Source: an uncultured Gemmatimonadales bacterium (GTDB lineage: Bacteria; Gemmatimonadota; Gemmatimonadetes; Palauibacterales; Palauibacteraceae). Taken from it: a stretch of DNA of 64,000 nt. Below the pieces are notes generated by a model. The model was not told the DNA's origin. It did not search any database and saw only the letters and a list, made by a program, of their open reading frames with translations. The position numbers were made by a program, and so were the translations under genes. Positions 18,984-28,273 of this stretch are shown here, one piece after another. Each line of letters starts with the position of its first letter. Within the stretch, counting starts at the first letter, position 1. Where the stretch lies: NCBI GenBank assembly GCA_947259585.1, contig CAMYMV010000002.1, forward strand, positions 3,925 to 67,924. The letters run 5' to 3'.

Positions 18984-19742
18984 ATGACCGCCCACGGAGC
19001 ACCGACGGGTCACGAGGCGGTGCGGATCGCCATGTGGTCCGGACCGCGCAACATCTCCACCGCTCTCATGCGATCCTGGGGGAGCCGGCCCGATACGTAC
19101 GTCTGCGATGAGCCGCTCTACGCCTTCTATCTGCTGGCCACCGGCCGGGACCACCCGGGCCGGGCGGAGATCCTGCGCGAGCACGACACGGACCCGGACC
19201 GGGTAGTCGCGTGGCTGACGGGAAGGGTCCCGGAGGGCAAGCGGATCTTCTATCAGAAGCAGATGGCCCATCACCTCCTGCCCGGCGTGGGGCGCGATTG
19301 GCTGAGCGAGGTCCGCCACGCGTTCCTCATCCGCGAGCCGGGGGAGATGCTCACCTCGCTGATCCGGGTCACGCCGGATCCCTGCCTCGCCGACACCGGG
19401 CTTCCGCAGCAGTGGGAGCTGTTCGAGCGGGCCGTCGCCGAGACGGGAACGTCGCCGCCCGTGGTCGACGCGCGAGACGTGCTCGAAGACCCGGCCGAGC
19501 TCCTGGTCGCCCTCTGCGCTGCCCTGGAGGTGCCGTTCATGGAGTGCATGCTCGCGTGGGAACCGGGGCCGCGCCCGACGGACGGCGTGTGGGCGAAGCA
19601 CTGGTATGCCTCCGTGGAAGCTTCGACGGCCTTCCGGCCGTATCGTCCGAAGCCCGATCGCGTGCCGGCGGGGCTGCAGGGGCTGCTCGACGAGTGCCGG
19701 CCGATCTACGACCGGCTGTACGCAGAACGCCTAACCGCCTGA
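18984..19742 (+). CDS. Sulfotransferase-like P-loop protein (tentative)
   Basis: N-terminal WSGPRNISTALMRSW resembles the 5'-PSB loop of small bacterial sulfotransferases. ATG with GGAGAG RBS; the listed GTG at 18951 lacks an RBS. Confidence 0.35.
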   Translation: MTAHGAPTGHEAVRIAMWSGPRNISTALMRSWGSRPDTYVCDEPLYAFYLLATGRDHPGRAEILREHDTDPDRVVAWLTGRVPEGKRIFYQKQMAHHLLPGVGRDWLSEVRHAFLIREPGEMLTSLIRVTPDPCLADTGLPQQWELFERAVAETGTSPPVVDARDVLEDPAELLVALCAALEVPFMECMLAWEPGPRPTDGVWAKHWYASVEASTAFRPYRPKPDRVPAGLQGLLDECRPIYDRLYAERLTA

Positions 19743-19747
19743 GACAG

Positions 19748-20698
19748 ATGCTCCAGCATTACGACGAGAGAAACCGTGATCTGATCGTGAACGTGAACGG
19801 CCGTCTGCTGCACCGGGACGAAGCGGGGATCAGCCCCTTCGACAGCGCGGTGCAGGGAGGGGACGCCGTGTGGGAAGGCCTGAGGCTGTACGAGGGCCGG
19901 ATCTTCAAGCTGAAGGAACACCTGGACCGGCTTCGCGCATCCGCCGCAGCCCTCGCCTTCGAGGGGGTGCCGACTCCCGAAGAAATCATGAGCGAGATCC
20001 GACGCACCCTCGAGGCGAACGGCATGATGGATGGTGTCCACATCCGGCTGACGCTGTCGCGCGGCCAGAAGATCACGTCGGGCATGGACCCGCGGCTCAA
20101 CCGCTCCGGCCCGACGCTCATCGTCCTGGCCGAGCACAAGCCGCCGGTCTACGAGCGGGACGGGATCCGCCTCGTCACGAGCTCGATCCGTCGCCCGCCG
20201 CCCGACGTTCTGGATCCGAGGATCCATCACGCCAACCTGATCCCCTCCATCCTGGCCAAGATCGAGGCCAACCGGGCTGGAGCGGACGACGCGCTGATGC
20301 TCGACATGCAGGGCTTCATCGCGGAGACGAACGCCACCCACGTCTTCGTCGTCCAGGCCGGGCGGGTGACCACGGGGACGACCCGGGCGTGCCCCGAGGG
20401 AATCACGCGGGCCACGGTGCTGGAGTTGTGCGAGAGGAACGGGATCCCCGTCGAAGTTCGGGAGCTCTCCACGACGGATGCCTACAGGGCGGATGAGATG
20501 TTCTGCACCGGCACGATGGGAGAGCTGGCTGCCGTGATCGAGCTGGACGGTCGGGCGATCGGTACGGGAGAGGTAGGGCCCCTTACCCTGCGGCTCAGCG
20601 AGCTGTATGCCGCCGAGACGGCGTCGGGCGGAACCCCGATCTTGGAGGCGTCGGGCGGAACCCCGATCTTGGAGGCGCCGGAGACCTCGGACGACTAG
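19748..20698 (+). CDS. Class IV (fold type IV) aminotransferase, branched-chain amino acid or D-amino acid aminotransferase-like
   Basis: Typical IlvE/DAAT-length (316 aa) with a conserved core (RLYEGRIFKLKEHLDRL, ETNATHVFVV, EMFCTGT). The listed 495-aa ORF N-terminus is an out-of-frame overlap with the previous gene and is rejected. C-terminus contains a perfect 27-nt tandem duplication. Confidence 0.85.
   Translation: MLQHYDERNRDLIVNVNGRLLHRDEAGISPFDSAVQGGDAVWEGLRLYEGRIFKLKEHLDRLRASAAALAFEGVPTPEEIMSEIRRTLEANGMMDGVHIRLTLSRGQKITSGMDPRLNRSGPTLIVLAEHKPPVYERDGIRLVTSSIRRPPPDVLDPRIHHANLIPSILAKIEANRAGADDALMLDMQGFIAETNATHVFVVQAGRVTTGTTRACPEGITRATVLELCERNGIPVEVRELSTTDAYRADEMFCTGTMGELAAVIELDGRAIGTGEVGPLTLRLSELYAAETASGGTPILEASGGTPILEAPETSDD
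20621..20674 (+). repeat. Perfect 27-nt tandem duplication (2 copies) encoding SGGTPILEA x2 at the 3' end of the aminotransferase gene
   Basis: gcgtcgggcggaaccccgatcttggag repeated head-to-tail; read directly from sequence. Confidence 0.9.
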
Positions 20699-20732
20699 GC
20701 CCCTCGCTGCCCACCGGAGTCCCGAGACGGTA

Positions 20733-22424
20733 CTAGCGACCGCGTGTCGGGCCGGGATCCGCGACGGGGAGCGAGTCTGCGGGCGGAGTGGTGGCCTCCT
20801 CGGGCGCCAGCGAGTCCACGGCTGCCAGCGAATCGGCGTACAGCCGCTTCGCGCGATTCAGGAGCGCCTGGGCCTCCAAGGCAGGCACACCGAGGTTGGA
20901 CCCGCCGAACTCTCGCATCACGGCCACGTTGAGCGCCTGCACGAGGCCGTCTCCATCGAGCACCGGACCTCCGCTGCTTCCGCGAGTGGTCTCGGCATCG
21001 TAGACCACCGCGGTTGAGCTGGACTGACCGACGATTCCCTTGGTAGCCAACGGCGCGATGTGCCCCGCTTCAGACAGGCGGTGGGCGACCGACCAGAAGT
21101 CGCGATCCGAATCGCTCATGATCGAGTCCACGAACGCCGGATCGGTTCGCGCCAGGAGCGCCTGGATGCCCGTCGGATAGCTGAGGACGACGACCTCCTC
21201 ACCGGGCGCCACGAGCGAATCGCTCAACTCCAGGGGTCCGACGCCTTCCACGAGAGGACTGCAGCACAGCACGGCCAGGTCCACATCGCCCGCGTCCAGC
21301 ACCGGATGTAGCTCGAACGGTTCCGAGATACCCGGGAGGTAGCCGATGAAGCGACTCATCCGGGGAAGCCAGCCCTCGCTCAGGAGAGCTCGCGCCGTCT
21401 GATCGAAGTTCCAGGGGACGGCGAGATGCCGGTTGGTGAGGAGCAGGCCTTCCTCGGAGGCCACGAAGGCGGTTCCGGTGAACTGGCGCTGAAACTCGGG
21501 CCCCTGGCCATCTACGCCCAGGAGCAGACCACCGGGAGCGCGCACGGAAGCCCCGTTCGGCGAGAGGGCGATTCTCAGCAGCCGTCCGCTCTCGGCCTCG
21601 GCAAAGCCGTACGCGCCTTGCAGGAGGACGATGGAGCGAGTCGCATCGGAGATGATCCTCCGGGCATCGAGGCTCCGCTCCTCCAGCGCCTCGAGCCGTT
21701 CGGCGAGCTGCGCCTCGAGATCCAGGCGGATCCGCTCGAGCTCCTGCTCGGTGAGTGAGTTCTTCTCGCTCTGCTCCAACAGGGCGCTGATCTCCTGAAG
21801 CATGGAGGCGTCCGCCTCGACTCGGCGGCGCAGCGCCCAGCCCTGGAGCGCCAGCGCCAGGATGGAGGCGGTCAGCGCGATCAGCACGACGGCGGCGACG
21901 GCCCGGGAGGCCGGACCCGTTTGGGTGAGGATCTCGCGCGGCAAGCCCGAGAAGAGAATGGCCAGGCGGCCGAACCAGCCGGCCCCGCTCCGCCGCGCGC
22001 AGTCCACGCAATCGCCGAGCGCCTCCGGAATCGTCTTGTAGGGTCGGTCGGGACCGCGATGGAGACGGAAGCGAAGGAAGGGGCCGTTCTCGCCGATCTC
22101 GAGGAGGTCACCCGTGGCGAGCTGGGTCTGCGCCACCCGCTCGCCGTTCACTCGGACGATCTCGCCGGGCGCCGAGACGATCTGGTACGACGATTCTTCC
22201 AGGCGAAGCTCGGCGTGGTGCTCGGCGACCGCCGGCTCGCGGTCGGCGGGGAAGTGGATCTCGGATTGGATCCCGGTGCCGATTCGAATCCGTGGGCCGC
22301 TCGAGACCTGCGTCGTCCCTCTGAGTGGGCCCGAGAGGTGGACGATGACCGACCTGACGAAAGGGGCCTCGGCGGCTCTCTCCTCGGGGTCCTGCGGCTC
22401 GGCGTGGCCGCGGAGCTCCGTCAT
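20733..22424 (-). CDS. FHA domain - transmembrane - coiled coil - trypsin-like (S1, HtrA-like) serine protease
   Basis: N-terminal FHA-like region (GTG.QSEIHF....HAELRLEE..Y.I....VNGERV). TM helix AAVVLIALTASILALALQGWAL. Glu/Leu-rich coiled coil. C-terminal protease with TNRHLAV (His), DLAVL (Asp) and GSSGGPV (Ser). Start at MTELRG (GGAGA RBS); the listed 104-aa Arg-rich N-terminal extension is rejected. Confidence 0.75.
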   Translation of the reverse strand: MTELRGHAEPQDPEERAAEAPFVRSVIVHLSGPLRGTTQVSSGPRIRIGTGIQSEIHFPADREPAVAEHHAELRLEESSYQIVSAPGEIVRVNGERVAQTQLATGDLLEIGENGPFLRFRLHRGPDRPYKTIPEALGDCVDCARRSGAGWFGRLAILFSGLPREILTQTGPASRAVAAVVLIALTASILALALQGWALRRRVEADASMLQEISALLEQSEKNSLTEQELERIRLDLEAQLAERLEALEERSLDARRIISDATRSIVLLQGAYGFAEAESGRLLRIALSPNGASVRAPGGLLLGVDGQGPEFQRQFTGTAFVASEEGLLLTNRHLAVPWNFDQTARALLSEGWLPRMSRFIGYLPGISEPFELHPVLDAGDVDLAVLCCSPLVEGVGPLELSDSLVAPGEEVVVLSYPTGIQALLARTDPAFVDSIMSDSDRDFWSVAHRLSEAGHIAPLATKGIVGQSSSTAVVYDAETTRGSSGGPVLDGDGLVQALNVAVMREFGGSNLGVPALEAQALLNRAKRLYADSLAAVDSLAPEEATTPPADSLPVADPGPTRGR

Positions 22425-22513
22425 CGGCGTCTCCGTTAAGGGATGAATCCGCCGGGAAGTTGGGTGCCGAGGGCAGTGGAGGGAAGTACGGCCCGGCTCG
22501 GCCGGGCCGGCGA

Positions 22514-23842
22514 TCAGCGCTCCAGCTCGAGGATCCTCCCTGAGGAATCCACGGAGAAAACGGGCTCTCGGGACAGATCGGCGCCCACCCGGATGGAGCG
22601 TTTGGGACCGATGCGCAGCGCGAGACTCAACGAGTAGCCGTCGGCGGCCGACGCGTCCACGGTGTAGCCCGCATCTGCGAGGGACGCCGCGGAGACGGAT
22701 GAGAGCGGGTTCGACGAGCCGACGTTGAGCCACCCTGTCATGAGCTCCGATTCGAACACCGATTCGCGCCAGTGGCCGTCCTGCGTGCCTGAGCCGCCCG
22801 TGTTCTCCACGGGGACGGGGGTGCCCGCATAGGCTCCGCCTCCGATGCCGTCGAAGGCGCCGATGGCCTCGCTGCCGGTGAAGTACGGGTCCGCGGATCC
22901 CGCGTCCGTGATGAGCCCCAGGCTTTCCCAGAGCGTGCCGAAGCCGAGGACGTGTCCCATCTCGTGGAGGACGAGCGCCTCGAGGACCCCGAGGTCTTGG
23001 GCCGCACTCAGATCGTCCTCGTCCAGCGTCAGCTGGCCGGTGATCGGAATCATGCTGCCCATCCGGATAAAGCAGGGCCCCGCCTGGCCCAACGCACCGC
23101 CGGCCCCATCGATCGGCTCCACCTTCACGAAGATGATGAGATCATCGATCGTTTCGTCGACCGCCCCGTGGCAGCTGCCTCCGTCGTAGTCGAAAGCGAC
23201 GTTCGGGAGGTCGCCCGTGATGATCTCCTCCCACCGCGCCGCCGCGGCCAGGAAGGCCGGGGCGTAGCTCGGCGTTCCGCCCACGAAGCGGAGCTCGATG
23301 TCGAACCCCGGAGAGGGAGGAGGAGGAGGAGGCGGCGGCGGCGGAGGAGGCGGGGGAGCTTCGACGGCCACGCTGACGCTGGCAGCAGCGGTAGCCCCGT
23401 TCGAATCGGTGGCCTGCAGGGTAACTGTGTGGTTGCCGACGGAGAGATCATCGCGCGTAAGAGAGCCCCCCGTTCCCAACGCTCCGTCCCGGTTGGATGA
23501 CCATTCGAGGGACGAGCCGGGCACCGCGCCATCCTCAGGGTCGGTCGCGCTTCCCTCGAAGATGACCTCTGTCCCTTCCGCAAAGCTGGTCCCCGGTTCC
23601 GGCGTCGAGATCGACGGTACGGGTGCTTCGTTGGGCGCCGGTGGCGGCGCGGGCGGAGGGGACGGCGGTGGCGAGGGCGGCTGCACGTTCCCGCCTGGTT
23701 GAGACCCTCCCGGCTGCGTGGGGCCGTTCTGGCATGCGGAGGTCGCCGCGGCGAACACGATGCAAAGCGCCGCTGCCAGAGCACGTCCGATCGGTCCGAG
23801 GTCCAACGGACGCCGCGAGTCGCGGCCGGTTCGGGTCTCCAA
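22514..23842 (-). CDS. Lipoprotein with Ig-like domain, poly-proline linker and leishmanolysin-like (M8) zinc metalloprotease domain
   Basis: Lipobox LAAALCIVFAAATSAC. PKD/Big-like domain. 15 consecutive Pro. HEMGHVLGFG closely matches the M8 HExxHALGF signature. Confidence 0.7.
   Translation of the reverse strand: METRTGRDSRRPLDLGPIGRALAAALCIVFAAATSACQNGPTQPGGSQPGGNVQPPSPPPSPPPAPPPAPNEAPVPSISTPEPGTSFAEGTEVIFEGSATDPEDGAVPGSSLEWSSNRDGALGTGGSLTRDDLSVGNHTVTLQATDSNGATAAASVSVAVEAPPPPPPPPPPPPPPSPGFDIELRFVGGTPSYAPAFLAAAARWEEIITGDLPNVAFDYDGGSCHGAVDETIDDLIIFVKVEPIDGAGGALGQAGPCFIRMGSMIPITGQLTLDEDDLSAAQDLGVLEALVLHEMGHVLGFGTLWESLGLITDAGSADPYFTGSEAIGAFDGIGGGAYAGTPVPVENTGGSGTQDGHWRESVFESELMTGWLNVGSSNPLSSVSAASLADAGYTVDASAADGYSLSLALRIGPKRSIRVGADLSREPVFSVDSSGRILELER
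23312..23356 (-). repeat. (GGN)n / (CCN)n trinucleotide tract encoding a 15-residue poly-proline linker
   Basis: ggaggaggaggaggcggcggcggcggaggagg on the + strand; a slippage-prone simple repeat. Confidence 0.8.
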
Positions 23843-24043
23843 GGTCGCCTCCGAGAAGTCTCCAAGTGCCTACGGATTGCTGCGCGCCGCATTGTTGTGC
23901 AAACGGGTTGCCGTCACCCGGACCCTCGGGCCTCAAGATGTATCGAAGGCCTAGTTCCTTACGTGATATCGTATTACGCGGTCCTCACGTCGGCGGGGGG
24001 TAGAACGAGGGGCCGGCATCTTGCCGGCCGTCATGCAGAAATG

Positions 24044-24820
24044 TCAGACTTCTTCGCGATCGACCACGTAGATGTTTCGTTGTGCGGTAGGCAACAACAT
24101 GAGGTCGAAGACGTTGACGTGCTCCGGCGCGTTGATGACGTAGTGGATCGCATCGGCGACATCTTCGGCCAGAAGCGGCTGAAATCCTCGGTAGATCGCG
24201 TCCGCCTGCTCACGATCGCCACCGAACCGTACGAGCGAGAACTCCGTGTGCACGAAACCCGGGTCCACGCTCGAGACTCGGATCGGCGTGCCGGCCACGT
24301 CCAGGTTCATTCCTTCCGTGAGGGCTCGGACGGCGAACTTGGTCGCGTTGTACACGTTGCCCCGCGGGTAGACCTGGTGGCCCGCCGTGCTCCCGATGTT
24401 GACGATGTGGCCGCGACCGAGCTTGATCATTCGCGGCAGGAACGCGCGGCTCACGTGAAGCAGGCCCTTCACGTTCGTGTCGATCATCCGATCCCAGTCC
24501 TCCGGATCTCCCTCCTGAAGCGGCGCGAGGCCGCTCGCGAGACCGGCGTTATTGATGAGGACGTCCGGGACGAGCGCCGCCTCCTTCATCTCCGCAGCCT
24601 CCACCTCGACGGCCTCCCTATCCCGCACATCCACGCCGGCTATCCGGGTCTCGAGTGCCGCATCATTGCGGAGCTCCTCCGCCAGGGCGACGAGTCGATC
24701 CTTCCGCCGGGCCCACAGGACCAGGTTCGCGCCCTCGGCCGCGCAACGCCGCGCGCAGGCCTCGCCGATACCGGCGGAGGCGCCCGTGATCAGGATCAGC
24801 CTGCCTCGGATTCGGTTCAT
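24044..24820 (-). CDS. SDR family NAD(P)-dependent oxidoreductase
   Basis: TGASAGIGEACARR glycine motif. NNAG. Catalytic YNATKFA (YxxxK). Confidence 0.9.
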   Translation of the reverse strand: MNRIRGRLILITGASAGIGEACARRCAAEGANLVLWARRKDRLVALAEELRNDAALETRIAGVDVRDREAVEVEAAEMKEAALVPDVLINNAGLASGLAPLQEGDPEDWDRMIDTNVKGLLHVSRAFLPRMIKLGRGHIVNIGSTAGHQVYPRGNVYNATKFAVRALTEGMNLDVAGTPIRVSSVDPGFVHTEFSLVRFGGDREQADAIYRGFQPLLAEDVADAIHYVINAPEHVNVFDLMLLPTAQRNIYVVDREEV

Positions 24821-24882
24821 AACTTTCGGTGCCTCGGCTCAGACGTACGCTTCGATGGATTTCCCCGACTCGCTGCCATACT

Positions 24883-25746
24883 ATGGGAGGCCGAAATCGC
24901 TCGCGAGCGGATCTCGAAGAGGGGAGGCAGGCCATCCGGATCATCCACGAGTTCGATCCCTTCCTCTGGCAGATATCCGGCAACTTCGGGATCCGCTGGT
25001 ACGCGCTTCCCTACATCATCGGCTTCGTGCTGGCGTACCTCTTCCTCAAGCGAGTCGCGCGGCGAGGGGAGGTCGAGAACCTTACCGATGAGACGCTCGA
25101 CACGTACATCGTGTACCTGTTCGCGGGCGTGCTCCTCGGTGCCCGCTTCTTCCACGTCTTCGTGTTCGAGTTCTCCAACTACGGCCTTGACCCGCTTCGC
25201 TGGATCGCGGTCTGGAAAGGCGGCCTCTCCTTCCACGGAGGACTCGCGGGCGGCATGGTGGGGACCTACCTGTTCTCCCGCCGGTACGGCGTTTCGTTCT
25301 ACGCGCTCGTGGACCGGGTGATCATCGTAGCGGCCTTCGCGCTCGGACTCGGCCGCATCGGCAACTTCATCAACGGCGAGATGCCGGGAACGCCGTACGA
25401 CGGAGCCTTTTGCGTGGACTACTCGCAGAACCGGCACATGGCCAACCCGCCCCAGGAGTGTCGCCACCCGACACAGCTGTACGAGATGGTCAAGAACTGG
25501 TTCATCATGGGTGTGCTCTACCTCGAGTACCGCTACCTGAAGCCGAGGCCCGGCGTCATCTTCTGGACATTCGTGACCCTCTATGGCCTGATCAGGTTCT
25601 TCCTCATGTTCGTCCGCGACGAGGTTCGGGTCTTCGGCGGACTCACCCTGTCTCAGATCTTCTCCGCCCTGATGGCGATCACCGGTGCGGCGGTGCTCTT
25701 CTGGCTCACCAGCCGAGGCAGCGGGGAGCGGGCGCCGACGGGGTAA
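24883..25746 (+). CDS. lgt: Prolipoprotein diacylglyceryl transferase
   Basis: FGIRWYALPYIIGF and the HPTQLYE signature. Start at the internal ATG giving 287 aa (E. coli Lgt is 291 aa); the listed GTG at 24829 lies only 8 nt from the divergent SDR start. Confidence 0.85.
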   Translation: MGGRNRSRADLEEGRQAIRIIHEFDPFLWQISGNFGIRWYALPYIIGFVLAYLFLKRVARRGEVENLTDETLDTYIVYLFAGVLLGARFFHVFVFEFSNYGLDPLRWIAVWKGGLSFHGGLAGGMVGTYLFSRRYGVSFYALVDRVIIVAAFALGLGRIGNFINGEMPGTPYDGAFCVDYSQNRHMANPPQECRHPTQLYEMVKNWFIMGVLYLEYRYLKPRPGVIFWTFVTLYGLIRFFLMFVRDEVRVFGGLTLSQIFSALMAITGAAVLFWLTSRGSGERAPTG

Positions 25747-26052
25747 ACCGAGCCAAAACGCCCCAAACGCTTTCAGGGCATGGCGTTGCACAGTCGCTCA
25801 GGCCCACGGGCCGCGTGCGCTCGCAGATTGCTTGGCCGATCGCGCTAATTGCCTTCCAGGACCGTATACCCCACCGCTGCGCCACAGCCCAGGTGCGGAG
25901 CGTACGACGGCCCTCTGCCTGGAGATGGCCTCTCCCACGGAATCCGCCCGCGGAGCGGCGCGAAGCATGCCATATGGCAACGGAGAACTGGAGATGATGA
26001 CGGGGTCGAGACGCAGCATTCCGGAGGGGAGACCGGAGACGGGGGGAGGTAG

Positions 26053-26769
26053 ATGCGAAAAGCGCGAAGCACCTGGCCTGCGATCTTGCGCCGTGGGGCG
26101 TCCGGCCCCGCGGGATGGCTCGGCTTCGCTCTGGTCGCCCTTCTGCTGATCCCTTCCATTCTCCCCAGCTGGGAACCTGGCTGGCGCAGGCTGGAGCTTG
26201 CTGCGCCCGATCCGCCGCCCACGCTCCTCATCATCGAGCCACCGCTGCTGGCCAAGCTTCAGACGCTTGCCGCGGGCCTGCGGGCCGAGATCGCGCTTTG
26301 TCTTTTCGGCTCTGTACAGGGTGACACCGCACGCCTCGACGACTTCCACATGCCGGAACCGACCCTCTCGACGGCCAACAAGTCGCTCGTTCGGCCCTGT
26401 CCGGAGAGGACGCTGGCCGTCTGGCACAACCACCCGCTCGACGGCACGTCCGGCTATTCGCTGAGGGGGACCTGGCGTACGAGCCAGCCGGCGCGGCAGG
26501 CGCACCGACTGTGCGTGCTGTCCAAGACGGACATTCAGACTTCGGTTCGGTTCAAGCATCCCTTCGTGATCATCGGCGTCGACCGCGACACCTGGTGTTG
26601 GTGGACCCGAGAGGAGGTCGAGCGCCTGGCCGAGAGCGGCGTCTGGCCGGGCCTTCCGGCTCCGGAGAGGCTGGTCACCCGGGATGGGGTGCCGTCATCG
26701 GAGGGACCGCTGGCCGGCCAGGGCGTGAGAAGAGGGAAGAACGGGCACAGCCTCGGCGCGCCTCAGTAA
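26053..26769 (+). CDS. Membrane-anchored hypothetical protein, possible JAB/MPN (RadC-like HNHP) metalloprotease fold
   Basis: GGGAGG RBS. N-terminal TM helix. WHNHPLDGTSGYS loosely fits the JAMM H-x-H...S..D motif with an upstream Glu. High GC3, so it is preferred over the overlapping antisense ORF 25798..26559. Confidence 0.4.
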   Translation: MRKARSTWPAILRRGASGPAGWLGFALVALLLIPSILPSWEPGWRRLELAAPDPPPTLLIIEPPLLAKLQTLAAGLRAEIALCLFGSVQGDTARLDDFHMPEPTLSTANKSLVRPCPERTLAVWHNHPLDGTSGYSLRGTWRTSQPARQAHRLCVLSKTDIQTSVRFKHPFVIIGVDRDTWCWWTREEVERLAESGVWPGLPAPERLVTRDGVPSSEGPLAGQGVRRGKNGHSLGAPQ

Positions 26770-26840
26770 CCGCGAACGCCCCCGCTCGACCGGCTCGGGG
26801 CGTTCTTGCCTTTCCGGGCCACAAGCCCGAGCCTTTCCAG

Positions 26841-27611
26841 ATGAGCCGGCCACTCATAGCCGCCAACTGGAAGATGCACCTCGGACGCGCGGAGGAGGCC
26901 CTCGGTCTCGTGCGTCGGATCCGGCACCCCCTGGGCAGGATCGACGGCGTGGAGGTCGTGGTGTGTCCGCCCTTCACGGTTCTGCCTCTCCTGGCCGAGG
27001 TGCTGGGGCCGTCGCCGATCGCGCTCGGTGCCCAGAACATGCACTGGGCGGAACGGGGCGCTCATACGGGGGAAGTCTCACCGAGCATGCTGGCCGGGCT
27101 CTGCCAGTACGTGATTCTCGGACACTCGGAGCGTCGCGCCACCGGCGGCTCGACGGAGGACGACGCCGCCATCAACCGGAAGCTGAAGGCCGCCTTCGGC
27201 GTCGGCCTGATTCCGATCGTCTGTGTCGGCGAGAGCGGCGAGCAGCGCGAGGCGGGCGCGACCGATGACGTCGTGCGATCCCAGGTCTCCCTCGCGCTGG
27301 CCGGGCTCGAGCCCGACCAGGCCCGCCGCTGCGTTATCGCTTACGAGCCGGTCTGGGCGATAGGCAGCGGCCGGCCCGCCACAGCAGCGGAGGCGAATCG
27401 CATCATCGCGTTGAGCGTCCGGGGGGCGGTGGCCGAGGGGTTCGGCGAGGAGGTGGCGCAAGCGGCGAGGGTCCTCTACGGCGGAAGCGTGCTTCCGGAC
27501 AACATCGCGGCCTTCACGGCCATGCCCGACATCGACGGAGCCCTGGTGGGCGGAGCCAGCCTCGGTCCCGAGTTCGTGGAGCTGGTGCTACGCGTTTCCG
27601 CCGAACGCTGA
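26841..27611 (+). CDS. tpiA: Triosephosphate isomerase
   Basis: AANWKMH and AYEPVWAIGSGRPAT signatures. 256 aa. The listed 366-aa ORF has a non-coding N-terminal extension. Confidence 0.95.
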   Translation: MSRPLIAANWKMHLGRAEEALGLVRRIRHPLGRIDGVEVVVCPPFTVLPLLAEVLGPSPIALGAQNMHWAERGAHTGEVSPSMLAGLCQYVILGHSERRATGGSTEDDAAINRKLKAAFGVGLIPIVCVGESGEQREAGATDDVVRSQVSLALAGLEPDQARRCVIAYEPVWAIGSGRPATAAEANRIIALSVRGAVAEGFGEEVAQAARVLYGGSVLPDNIAAFTAMPDIDGALVGGASLGPEFVELVLRVSAER

Positions 27612-27628
27612 CGGCCCGGTAGGCGGCT

Positions 27629-28273
27629 TCAGGTCGAAGGCGCGCAGAGGACCGTCTCGAACGATAGATACGCGATGCGCCCGAGCGGCCCCCCCTCGTA
27701 GTCCGCATCGATACGGGCGTCGAGGATCCTGAAGAGACCGGATCCTACGGGCATCGCCGACAGCGTATGTCGGGCTCTTTCGATCCGATCCGCCGCTCGA
27801 TCGCCAGGCCACAGCAGGACATTCACGGCGGCAGCCATCGTTTCGTAGTCTTCATCGTTCAAGACGAACGAGAAAGACCGCTCGCTCATCTTCACGGCCG
27901 CTTCCGCCGATATCCCATAACCGGTGTCAATGTAGCGAGCGTTGGAGAAACGATATGGAGGCGTCGCGACCCAGGAGTATTCTTTCTGCCGCGTATCGGC
28001 GCTGCGTACCTCGATCGTCCAGCCGGGTGGATTGGGCGGGCTCTCGGGGGTGGGAGCGAGCCGGAAGAGGAGGTTCGGTGCGAACCGCGCCTCGAATCGC
28101 TCTCCGGCGACGACCTGGCCAGCCAGCTTGACCGTGTCGCAGGTCGCGGGCAATCGCTCCTGCGTCGTGGCCATGTCAGGCGCGGCCAGGCCCGCCACTA
28201 CAACGAGCAGGGCAGCAAAGTGGAGAGCCGAGGCCTCCTGCTTCGAGCCGAGGCGCCGGGCGTGGCGTATCAC
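27629..28273 (-). CDS. Hypothetical exported protein; last gene of the BMC operon (start overlaps the upstream BMC-P stop)
   Basis: Signal peptide ALHFAALLVVVAGLAAPDMA. ATGA-type overlap with 28270..28542. Confidence 0.5.
   Translation of the reverse strand: MIRHARRLGSKQEASALHFAALLVVVAGLAAPDMATTQERLPATCDTVKLAGQVVAGERFEARFAPNLLFRLAPTPESPPNPPGWTIEVRSADTRQKEYSWVATPPYRFSNARYIDTGYGISAEAAVKMSERSFSFVLNDEDYETMAAAVNVLLWPGDRAADRIERARHTLSAMPVGSGLFRILDARIDADYEGGPLGRIAYLSFETVLCAPST

Noticed and set aside
19211-19747. N-terminal 179 aa of the listed aminotransferase ORF
   Set aside because: Overlaps the upstream gene in another frame. Arg-rich non-coding composition.
22425-22733. N-terminal 103-aa extension of the FHA-protease ORF
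   Set aside because: Arg-rich. Overlaps the M8 lipoprotein gene's 3' end. A good RBS precedes the internal ATG.
23699-25321. 540-aa plus-strand ORF
   Set aside because: Antisense to the M8 lipoprotein and SDR genes and in frame with nothing. Low-complexity Arg/Ser-rich artefact.
25798-26559. 253-aa minus-strand ORF
   Set aside because: Antisense to the better-supported 26053..26769 gene (RBS, TM helix, GC3 bias).
26511-26840. N-terminal 110 aa of the listed tpiA ORF
   Set aside because: TpiA homology starts at MSRPLIAANWKMH. The upstream part is Arg/Gly-rich and overlaps the preceding gene.
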